Assembly: GCA_963806645.1 (NCBI GenBank)
Contig: CAWDYQ010000002.1
Coordinates: 395,141 to 459,140 of the forward strand
Length of the DNA stretch: 64,000 bases
Direction: 5' to 3'
Source: Candidatus Bathyarchaeota archaeon
GTDB taxonomy: Archaea; Thermoproteota; Bathyarchaeia; Bathyarchaeales; Bathyarchaeaceae
Within the stretch, counting starts at the first letter, position 1. Every line of letters starts with the position of its first letter. The position numbers and the translations under genes are program-made. Below, piece after piece: positions 37,885-47,033 of this stretch. A model generated the notes under the pieces. That model was not told the DNA's origin. It saw only the letters and a program-made list of their open reading frames with translations, and did not search any database.

Positions 37885-38970
37885 TTGGAGTGTCAAAAAA
37901 AGAAAATGGCGAAACCTCGAAGCAATGGAGCCTGTAAGCCAACTCCTGGTTTGTCTGATATACGACCCGACGGTTGGAGTGAGAATCGTGAACGTCAACT
38001 GAAACTTAAAAGGCAGTCATGGCAGGTTATGGTTGGCAATACAATATTCCTTGAAGCAAGGAACTTAGCACCTATTCTTGGGTGCGAAAGGGTTTATCTA
38101 AAGTTTGAGGGTAGTAATCCTACTGGAACCCAGAAAGATCGTATCGCTATGGTGCTTGCCGATCAGGCGGTTACTTCAGGATTGGAAGGAATTTCAACTG
38201 CAACGTGTGGAAACTTTGGAGTGGCGATTGCATACGCTGCTCGGCATTATGATTTAGGTGCTAATATCTATATTCCCAAAAAGTATGAGGTTCCAAAAGA
38301 TCGGTTAAAACGTATGGAGAATTTTGGAGCAAAGGTGCATTTTGTGGATGGTTATTATGAGGATGCAGTAGCCTATTCTAGTCAGCAGGCAATAGATTGC
38401 AACTGGTATGATGCTAATCCTGGAGTAAATGAAGTTCCTGAATTGTCTCTAGCTGCATATGGAGAAATCGCGTTTGAGATTTATCGCGACTTAAGGCGGG
38501 TTCCTAACTATATTTTTTGTCCTGTTGGAAATGGGACATCTCTAGCGGGTATCTATGCAGGTTTTAAAAAACTCTACCTTTCAGGAAAGACTATGACTGT
38601 TCCGAAGATGGTTGCTACCAGCACACGCCGAGGCAATCCTGTTATTAAAGCCTTTAAAGAAAACAAGCGAACAATAGTGGATCTAGCTCCAGAAGAAATC
38701 AAAGAAAGCAAAGTCAATGAGCCTTTAACCAATTGGCATTCATTTGATGGACAAATTGCCTTAGACGCAATTTATGAATCAGGAGGTTTCGGAGAATATG
38801 CCTCAGACACAAAAATGATGGAATTCTCGAAACTGGTTCGTTCAGAAGAGGGTTTAAGTGTTCTTCCAGCAGCCGCAAGTACACTAGCTGTAATGCAAAC
38901 GCTTGGCAGAGAAGGTTTCATAGTTAAAGGGACATTTGTGGCGATACTAACGGGCAGAGACTTCGATTAA
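37885..38970 (+). CDS. PLP-dependent fold-type II enzyme (threonine synthase/cysteine synthase-like); start uncertain
   Basis: KFEGSNPTGTQKDRIA (PLP-lysine motif) and GNGTSLAG glycine loop. The start may be at MVGNT (about 38029). Confidence 0.65.
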   Translation: MECQKKKMAKPRSNGACKPTPGLSDIRPDGWSENRERQLKLKRQSWQVMVGNTIFLEARNLAPILGCERVYLKFEGSNPTGTQKDRIAMVLADQAVTSGLEGISTATCGNFGVAIAYAARHYDLGANIYIPKKYEVPKDRLKRMENFGAKVHFVDGYYEDAVAYSSQQAIDCNWYDANPGVNEVPELSLAAYGEIAFEIYRDLRRVPNYIFCPVGNGTSLAGIYAGFKKLYLSGKTMTVPKMVATSTRRGNPVIKAFKENKRTIVDLAPEEIKESKVNEPLTNWHSFDGQIALDAIYESGGFGEYASDTKMMEFSKLVRSEEGLSVLPAAASTLAVMQTLGREGFIVKGTFVAILTGRDFD

Positions 38971-38998
38971 ATTTCCCTAAAGCGCCCTGAATTCTGTT

Positions 38999-39535
38999 CT
39001 ATAGTATGCGTTTCATTACGATGTCTCCTTTTCCAGCAGCAGATATTGTCTTAAATCCGTGTTGTGCATAGAACTGTTGTAGTGGAATTCCTTTTTCGTT
39101 CTTTAATTCAGTGTCTAAAACTATTGAGTAGTATTTTTTTGTTTGTGCCCAGCGAATAAGAAAGTTGATGACAATATTTCCTATACCTTTTCCTTTGGGT
39201 TTGACTGCGAATGTGTCGAGATAGAATGATTTTTTCGATTCATCTGGAATTGAGTAGCCGAAAACTATGATTTGGGGTTTGCCATCCATTGTGAGAAACC
39301 ATAAAACAAGTTCTGATTTTATAAGTGCTTTTTTTAATTCTTCAAACGTGTACTGTAATTCGCGCCTGAAACCTGTGTCTTCTATTTTGTGAAACCAGGA
39401 AAAGTAATGTTTGTTAAGTTCGTTTGGAAAAACTAGTTCCAATTTCCCCTCATAATTATTAGCCAGTTCATCTATAAGCAGCTGCCAAAACGGATTACCT
39501 TTCTCTAGTTGTAATATCGGTATTGTTTCTTTCAC
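38999..39535 (-). CDS. GNAT-family N-acetyltransferase
   Basis: 178 aa. Motif A VKPKGKGIGNIVINFLI and C-terminal FYAQHGF. Confidence 0.7.
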   Translation of the reverse strand: MKETIPILQLEKGNPFWQLLIDELANNYEGKLELVFPNELNKHYFSWFHKIEDTGFRRELQYTFEELKKALIKSELVLWFLTMDGKPQIIVFGYSIPDESKKSFYLDTFAVKPKGKGIGNIVINFLIRWAQTKKYYSIVLDTELKNEKGIPLQQFYAQHGFKTISAAGKGDIVMKRIL

Positions 39536-39584
39536 AGTTTCTATATTCCACCGATATTGTCATATTTGGTTTCTGTTTTTGGGT

Positions 39585-40577
39585 CTATAGTTTTAAACCA
39601 TAACGGTTACATGCAGATTCAAGAAGTCTGCCTACCAGCATGTCATAGGTGTATCCTGATTTCATTGCCATGTAAGGATAAAATGACAGATCGTTTTCTT
39701 TGGTATCGAAGTCCATTCCAGGCAGTGGATTAATTTCCAAGAAAAATAGTTCTTCTTGGCTGTTCATGCGAAAGTCGATTCTAGCAAAATCTTTGACATC
39801 CAACGCATACCAAATGTTACGTGATAACTCTTCAAGTGTTTTTTTTAGTTTTTCTGGTATTTGTGCAGGGCAAATATAGTGTTCCAACGAGTCTAGGACA
39901 GTTTTTGCTCGTTGCCCAAACACATCTCCTACCTCAGGAAACTTGGAAAAATCTATTTCCAGAATTGCAAGAATCTCTGGATCTTTGTTTGGTTGTCCAA
40001 GTAGTCCGGTGCTGAATTCTCTGCCTTCAATAAATTGTTCAACTAGTATTGGTTGCTTGTATTCTGTTATCATTTGTTTTAGTTTTGTGTGTAGTTGTGG
40101 TTTGTTATATACCAAATTTTCTTCGGTGATTCCGATTGAAGAGCCTTCTTCGTTTGGTTTCAGCAGATAAGGAAAGCCTTTGTTTATTCTTTCTGCTTCT
40201 TGAAGGTTTTCACATACGTAAAATTTTGGGGTAGATATTTTGTGATAAAGTAGAGTCTTTTTTGTCCATGCTTTGTTTAGGCAAATTGCAGTCGTTAGCA
40301 CGTTAGAGCCGATGTAAGGGATATTAAGCATTTCAAGTATGGCGGGTACGTGCGATTCGCGGCTGTTACCCCTTAGTCCCTCTGCTCTGTTGAAAACGAG
40401 ATCTGGTTTTGCTTTTTTGATGTTTTCGGCAAAGTTTTCGTCAGCTTCAACGAATATGTATTCATGTTTGGTGTTTTCGATTCCGTGTTTTATAAGCTCA
40501 ATTGTGTGTGGGGGGTCATATTCTACTTCGAATTCGGTTTCAGTTTGGCGTGTATTCAGAACTAATGCTATCCGCAT
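39585..40577 (-). CDS. ATP-grasp ligase, D-alanine--D-alanine ligase-like
   Basis: 330 aa. Ddl-like layout (MRIALV.., GSNVLTTAICLNKAWTK, LKPNEEGSSIGI, EINPLPG). Confidence 0.7.
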   Translation of the reverse strand: MRIALVLNTRQTETEFEVEYDPPHTIELIKHGIENTKHEYIFVEADENFAENIKKAKPDLVFNRAEGLRGNSRESHVPAILEMLNIPYIGSNVLTTAICLNKAWTKKTLLYHKISTPKFYVCENLQEAERINKGFPYLLKPNEEGSSIGITEENLVYNKPQLHTKLKQMITEYKQPILVEQFIEGREFSTGLLGQPNKDPEILAILEIDFSKFPEVGDVFGQRAKTVLDSLEHYICPAQIPEKLKKTLEELSRNIWYALDVKDFARIDFRMNSQEELFFLEINPLPGMDFDTKENDLSFYPYMAMKSGYTYDMLVGRLLESACNRYGLKL

Positions 40578-40630
40578 TTTGGTTTTCCCACCATTAGAAT
40601 TATTCTTGTGTAATTAAAATTAGCTCTTTG

Positions 40631-42007
40631 TTAAAAATTGAATGATGTCAATTCTTCTTTATAGATTGAGTTTATTGCGTTTCTCAACTCTTTAGGGACC
40701 GATATTGAACTATGTAAAGTGCAGAATGTTTTATACAGTTCATCTTCTCTTTCTTTTGCTTCCTGATACAGTGGGCTTGTCTTAAATTCTTCAATAAGGC
40801 TTCCATTATTCTCTCTTTTAGATGCTAGATAGAATGCGAAAAGTTGCTCGTCCCTGCCTACCTTAGTGTGTGCATATGTCATTGTAATCGATTTGCCTCC
40901 AAACAATGTAAAAAATCTTTTACATTCTGGCTCTAGCATGTTTTTTTGTATTCCAATCTTTTGAGGGTCGATTCCGCTTCCAACGCACATTAAATACATT
41001 TTAGCGCAGATTGAGCAATCATGACACCAATGATAGTTTTGTCCTGCCTCAGTTTCTGTAAAGCAGCTCATCTGATACTTTGCAATCTCTGGATATCTAT
41101 GTGCTAAAATGTATTGGATCATCATATCCATAAGAGGCTCAATAAGACTGCCCGTGTTAACCGAACGTCCTGAGAAGGTTTGCGTAATTTGGTCAATATG
41201 TACAGTCCAGCGGTGAGATTGGTCATAGCACGGATGAACTGTCCATCTGCCATCAGAGTCCATGTAGCTTGAGGCAGCGGTTTGTTCGTTGCCAAATAGC
41301 AGATATTTCGATTTGAGTGAATATGCGAATGGGATTAATTCCAGTGCATACTCGGTTGTTTGCAGTCCCCAACCCAATTCTGTGAATGGTACTCCGAGAT
41401 GTGGGTAGTCACGAAACTTTCCAGTTTCGTGTTTCAAGGTGTTCAACTCTTTACCGAACTCGTTTTTGAAGCGTTTTGCTAGTTCGGTTTTGTGTTTTTG
41501 TTCGTATGTCATGCTCTGTTCTATAACGTAGACCATTTCTGGTTCTAGACCGATTTCTTCTGCCACTGCGTAAGTGAGGAGGCTGTCCTTTCCGAAGCTT
41601 GTTCCAACAAGGGCTCTGGATGGTGAATCTACAGGTTGATTGGAGGGATATACAATGTTTGAATCTAGGAATTGATATTCTGTATTGAAGAACTTTCGAA
41701 CAGTTTCATCTGTACATGTTCCATCAACTTCTGTGCATGAAGGTATGTCTTTGAGGAAGTTTTGTATGAAGTATGGTTCTAGTAATGGGAGTCCTGAATG
41801 GTAAATTATTTTTAATGAATCGAATATTAGTGGCAAATGCATTGTGGTAGCAAGTGCAAGGTTGTCTTTGAGTGCTTTTTGTGTGTCTTTAGGTGTTGCT
41901 TCCCAAACATGGGTTGGGTAATTTATTGGATACGGTATGTCTCGAAAACTGATTTCCACTCCAGTATTAGTAACCTTTGAATATATTTGCAGTGGATTCA
42001 TACCCAA
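40631..42007 (-). CDS. hypothetical enzyme with degenerate PP-loop (SFGKDS) and CxxCxxC motif
   Basis: 458 aa. GTSFGKDSLL at aa 135-144 resembles the SGGKDS ATP-pyrophosphatase loop. HWCHDCSICAKMY lies later in the sequence. Confidence 0.4.
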   Translation of the reverse strand: MGMNPLQIYSKVTNTGVEISFRDIPYPINYPTHVWEATPKDTQKALKDNLALATTMHLPLIFDSLKIIYHSGLPLLEPYFIQNFLKDIPSCTEVDGTCTDETVRKFFNTEYQFLDSNIVYPSNQPVDSPSRALVGTSFGKDSLLTYAVAEEIGLEPEMVYVIEQSMTYEQKHKTELAKRFKNEFGKELNTLKHETGKFRDYPHLGVPFTELGWGLQTTEYALELIPFAYSLKSKYLLFGNEQTAASSYMDSDGRWTVHPCYDQSHRWTVHIDQITQTFSGRSVNTGSLIEPLMDMMIQYILAHRYPEIAKYQMSCFTETEAGQNYHWCHDCSICAKMYLMCVGSGIDPQKIGIQKNMLEPECKRFFTLFGGKSITMTYAHTKVGRDEQLFAFYLASKRENNGSLIEEFKTSPLYQEAKEREDELYKTFCTLHSSISVPKELRNAINSIYKEELTSFNF

Positions 42008-42050
42008 AGAATCTGCAAGACTCCATTTAATAACAGTGCATATTGCCTGA

Positions 42051-42173
42051 TTATTCTTCTTCTACTAACTGCATTGGTTGGCCGCAGCAAACAAGAATTC
42101 CATTCCCGGATGCAACAACTTCCACCACGTTTCCGCAGATTTTACAGGCATACATTTCTCCTTCTTGTGTCAT
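42051..42173 (-). CDS. desulforedoxin-like small Fe(Cys)4 protein (not in ORF track, 40 aa)
   Basis: Translation MTQEGEMYACKICGNVVEVVASGNGILVCCGQPMQLVEEE. Has the CxxC...CC desulforedoxin/Dfx-N signature, with a GGAGGTGAAGGG SD just upstream of the ATG. Confidence 0.75.
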   Translation of the reverse strand: MTQEGEMYACKICGNVVEVVASGNGILVCCGQPMQLVEEE

Positions 42174-42209
42174 CCCTTCACCTCCTAAGACTTTGCACGC
42201 TTTGTAATA

Positions 42210-43424
42210 CTAGAGTTCTGTATTTGGAAACTCTATTCTTCGTAAATACTTCTTAGCATACTCGGGTTCATGCGCAAGTTCCTGGCTTCTTAACAATTGC
42301 CTCTCAAGTCGACCCAATGCTGTTTGAAACGTTGCCTCAACGCCATAGCCTTCGCCGGAGCTGAAAAATGAGCCTCTTCTTGTCCTAAACTGTAGTCGAC
42401 AATGAATCAACTGTTCTCCCTTGTAGTTTGTTCCATGTGTTTTCATATACACGAAAAGTGTTCCCGATTCGAGTATCTTTTGGTATTTTTTTGAGAAAAC
42501 TTCGAAATCGCCCATTATGTAGCTACGTTGAATGTTGTCTATTTCTACGCCTTTAACTGAAAACTCAACTTTTATTTGCTGTTTTGGTGTTTCCATTTCG
42601 GCTAGTGGTTCAAGAAGGTCTCTTTTTGTCAGAATTCCTGTGGGTCTTCCTTTAGTGACAATAACCAAAGAAGAAATGCTGTATTTTTGCATGTTTTTTA
42701 CAGCATCTTTTAACGTGTTTTCTGGCAAAACGGTGATGACTGGTTTTGTCATTATTCCTTTTGCTGAAATGCTTAGAACTGGAACTTTCTCTCCTGCAAT
42801 ATCTCCTACCTTTTGGCGATGTCTTGGTTGAAAAATACCTGTGATTATGTCTTTTATGCTTACAATACCTACTAGAGTGCCGTCTTTAACTATTGGCACA
42901 TGAGAAATGTTGTGTTCCCTGAAGAGGCTTAGGACAGCTCCTACTGACTCGTTTTCTTCAATAAGGAACGGTTTCTTTGTCATCATTTCCTCAACTTTGT
43001 TGTTGCCCCATTTCCCAACAACTGCGCCCTGAATAAGGGCATCATCCGTAACGATTCCCACTAATTTCTCTCCGTTGAAAACTGGGAGCTGGCTAATTCC
43101 GCTGGTTATCATTAGTCTCGCTACTTCACCAAGAGATTCCTCAAGGGATACAGTGGGCGCTGAACGCATTAAACTCTCCACTTTAGTTGTAGCTGGATTA
43201 TACCTTGACCTGACTATCCATCTGTGGGCAATTACTCCCGCGTATTTTCCTTTACTGTCTAAGACAACCAACACTGGCGTTGATTCTTCGTTAAGAATAG
43301 AGAGACATGCAGAAAGCAGGTCGTCTTTGCTGATGCTCCTAAATTTGGTTGATAAAACGTCTTTTACGATACTTGAAACCATACTCACTTCTCCAAATAA
43401 CTCATTTCTATAAAAGCAATTCAA
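42210..43424 (-). CDS. 4xCBS (two Bateman modules) protein with HPF/RaiA-like C-terminal domain
   Basis: Four CBS repeats at aa 15-280. The C-terminal part IKVEFSVKGVEID..YI..F..L...SGEGYGVEATFQTALGRLERQLLR follows the HPF/YfiA pattern. The start may be MVSS (43382). Confidence 0.6.
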   Translation of the reverse strand: MNCFYRNELFGEVSMVSSIVKDVLSTKFRSISKDDLLSACLSILNEESTPVLVVLDSKGKYAGVIAHRWIVRSRYNPATTKVESLMRSAPTVSLEESLGEVARLMITSGISQLPVFNGEKLVGIVTDDALIQGAVVGKWGNNKVEEMMTKKPFLIEENESVGAVLSLFREHNISHVPIVKDGTLVGIVSIKDIITGIFQPRHRQKVGDIAGEKVPVLSISAKGIMTKPVITVLPENTLKDAVKNMQKYSISSLVIVTKGRPTGILTKRDLLEPLAEMETPKQQIKVEFSVKGVEIDNIQRSYIMGDFEVFSKKYQKILESGTLFVYMKTHGTNYKGEQLIHCRLQFRTRRGSFFSSGEGYGVEATFQTALGRLERQLLRSQELAHEPEYAKKYLRRIEFPNTEL

Positions 43425-43495
43425 ACATACAATATTAATTCTTGCGAAGTCTTTAACGTTTTGCTAGTTTGGTAAAAAGCGTTCCTTAAATTTCG

Positions 43496-44419
<924 letters not shown>

Positions 44420-44462
44420 TTACACCAGACACACTTTAGCAACTCGCAAATAAATGCTTAAT

Positions 44463-45494
44463 CTATTCCATCACTGATTCAACCGTCATGTTTAGAACAA
44501 TCTCAGCTATGTCCATCGAGTATTCGGCTATCCTTCTAACGCTTTCAATAACTAGTCGAAGGTTAGCTGCTTCTTCAATATCGGTCTCTTTTGACGAAAG
44601 CAGGACTTTATGTTCTAACTCGATTATGCTGTTGGCTTTTGAGATGACACTATCTGCTAATAAGTAATCGCGTCTAAACAAAGACTCTATCGAAGTTTCG
44701 AAAGAAGAAATTGCAACTTCATTCATTTCTTGAATTGCAATTAGAAACTCGTCATTCAACTGTCTTTTTAGTAACTGAACATATTTTGCTATGTTTGTTG
44801 CGTGGTCAGCTGTTCTTTCTACCATTTTAGTTATGAGTCTATAGCCGAGACAATCTTTTGGCTTTTCTAATCCTATCTCAGTTACTATTCTTGGATTTTG
44901 AATCGCTATTTTCAGTTGACGTATTATATAAAGATGAAATCTGTTTACTTCATAGTCTGTGGCTCTAACATCACTTGCTACCTGGTAATCCATGTTCTTG
45001 AGGGCAGTCATTGCGTCTTTATGCATAGATGCTGTTATTATCGTCATTCGCCGCAAAGCGCTTGGAACAGACAATTCGGGGTAACTTAACAAAACTTGCA
45101 AAGTCAACTCTGTGGAAGTGTCATTGACAATTTCTGTGCCAACAAGCATGTTTCGAGCAAAAGTTTTGACTGCGTTTCTTTGAGTTGACAAAATCGCTTT
45201 CTGGTCTTTTGCTCTTATGTGAATTATATTATAACCCTGTAAATACACGGCAACTGTTTTTCTTATTAATGAATCAGAACTGTCTTCTGGAGAAACTTTG
45301 ATTTGTCCTTCTTCTGTTTTTTCGGATTTTCCTAATCCTGGAGGCAAAACCGTTAGGGACCCATTTTCTTCTTGTTGAATAAGCAATGAGCTACCTTTTT
45401 CAAGTCCATTTTGGATGATCCATCTTTTCGGCAACGAAATTACATACGTGGATCCTCCTGTGACTTGAAGCTTTCTTGTTTCTCCCTCGTTCAA
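44463..45494 (-). CDS. AbrB/SpoVT-domain + tandem PhoU-domain regulator
   Basis: N-terminal KLQVTGGSTYVISLPKRW (AbrB-like swapped hairpin) followed by two PhoU-like helical repeats. Confidence 0.65.
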   Translation of the reverse strand: MNEGETRKLQVTGGSTYVISLPKRWIIQNGLEKGSSLLIQQEENGSLTVLPPGLGKSEKTEEGQIKVSPEDSSDSLIRKTVAVYLQGYNIIHIRAKDQKAILSTQRNAVKTFARNMLVGTEIVNDTSTELTLQVLLSYPELSVPSALRRMTIITASMHKDAMTALKNMDYQVASDVRATDYEVNRFHLYIIRQLKIAIQNPRIVTEIGLEKPKDCLGYRLITKMVERTADHATNIAKYVQLLKRQLNDEFLIAIQEMNEVAISSFETSIESLFRRDYLLADSVISKANSIIELEHKVLLSSKETDIEEAANLRLVIESVRRIAEYSMDIAEIVLNMTVESVME

Positions 45495-45872
45495 CGTATC
45501 ATCTCCTTATTTCTTTATTAAATCTATATAGACTATTTTTACATATATATAATAATTTGATAACCTATTAATTATTTCAACCACTTCTTCCTCCTGATAA
45601 CGGTAAAGAAAAATTAAAAAGGTGAATTATTTTCCCAACCTCAGAATTTCAAATCATCACCCCGTATTTAAAAGGCCAAAATCAAGCTAAAACATCGGCG
45701 AAGAAAATGAAACTTCAAAAATGTTATGATAATATTTGCACGAACATTTTAACTCAACTTTCACTGTCATTTCTTTAAAACTTTTCCTGTAAACAAAGTT
45801 TTATTGAAACCACTTTTTTGTAAGTATACTTTTTATAGAGTTCTTTTGAATACTATTGCGAGTCTGATCAGG

Positions 45873-47033
45873 ATGGATCGAAGAAACAAACGACGCCTGA
45901 GATTGTTTCCGAAGCAAGGTTACATACTCCTTCTTATCGGAATCCTGCTAGGCTTCATGGTTTTTCTCGCAGTCTCCGCAATAACATCCACAGGAAAAGG
46001 AAGTGGGGGTTCCGGACAGGAAGGTTTACCCTCAAACATCAGTTTCACATTCCTTTACACAAGCGAGAAAGATGGATGGATAAAAGCCGTCACACCTACT
46101 TTTGAACAATGGTTTTTCGATCGTTTCAACATTACAGTCAATGTAGAATTGATAGTAACCGGAAGCCATGACAGTGTAAACTTAATCCTTCAGGAAAGTT
46201 CACGACCAACAGCTTGGAGTCCAGCATCCAGTGTTTGGATACCCTACCTAAACCAGAAATGGGTAAGTTTAGATAAAGGACAAGAAATAGCTCAAGACTC
46301 TACGCCTCTCGTTTTGTCTCCTGTCGTAATAGCGGGGTGGGCTTCCTTCTTTGAAGACAACAATGTTACGAGCTTCAACGATCTGTATCGGTTAGCTCAA
46401 GAAGGGATTGAATACAAGTACGGCCATCCAGATCCATTATTAAGCAATGGCGGCGTCATGGCTGAAGTGTTAGAATTCGCTGAGGCCTTGGGAAAGAAGC
46501 CTGAAGAGTTCAATTTTGCTGACTTCACAAACTCAGATGCTTTGGAGTTTGTTAGAACAATAGAATCAAAAACTGTAAACTACGGAAAAAGCACAGGATT
46601 CTTTGGAAAATGGGCGTCTGAGAATGGTCCCACCGCAATCGATTGTTTCACAGTCTACGAAAGTGTAGTTATTAGTAATGCGGAAAAAGCCACCCGGAAA
46701 TGGGGTGATACTTTGGTGGCTGTTTATCCGGAAGATGGAACCTTACTTTCAGATCATCCGTATGTTATCCTGAATGTGCCTTGGGTCAGTGAGTACCAAA
46801 AATTTGCTGCCTCTCAGTATTTGTATTATCTACTTCAGGAAAGTAACCAAGACAAAGCCCAAGAATACGGCTTTAGACCCGCTAATCCTAGTGTTCCCCT
46901 TGATGTTGATGTCTTTAATGAGAAAAATGGTGTTGCTTTTGAAATAAAAGTTCCCACTTATCGACCTTTGTCTGGAGAATCGATGGAGAATCTTTTCACG
47001 GTTTGGCCTTCTGTTAAAAATCCTGGGGTGTGA
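45873..47033 (+). CDS. ABC transporter substrate-binding protein, ligand unknown
   Basis: ATG at 45873 gives a basic N-terminus plus one TM/signal anchor (ILLLIGILLGFMVFLAV), followed by a periplasmic-binding-protein-like domain. Confidence 0.6.
   Translation: MDRRNKRRLRLFPKQGYILLLIGILLGFMVFLAVSAITSTGKGSGGSGQEGLPSNISFTFLYTSEKDGWIKAVTPTFEQWFFDRFNITVNVELIVTGSHDSVNLILQESSRPTAWSPASSVWIPYLNQKWVSLDKGQEIAQDSTPLVLSPVVIAGWASFFEDNNVTSFNDLYRLAQEGIEYKYGHPDPLLSNGGVMAEVLEFAEALGKKPEEFNFADFTNSDALEFVRTIESKTVNYGKSTGFFGKWASENGPTAIDCFTVYESVVISNAEKATRKWGDTLVAVYPEDGTLLSDHPYVILNVPWVSEYQKFAASQYLYYLLQESNQDKAQEYGFRPANPSVPLDVDVFNEKNGVAFEIKVPTYRPLSGESMENLFTVWPSVKNPGV

Noticed and set aside
41987-42256. 89-aa plus-strand ORF from the track.
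   Set aside because: It overlaps the well-supported minus-strand desulforedoxin gene and the ends of its neighbours. No motif support.
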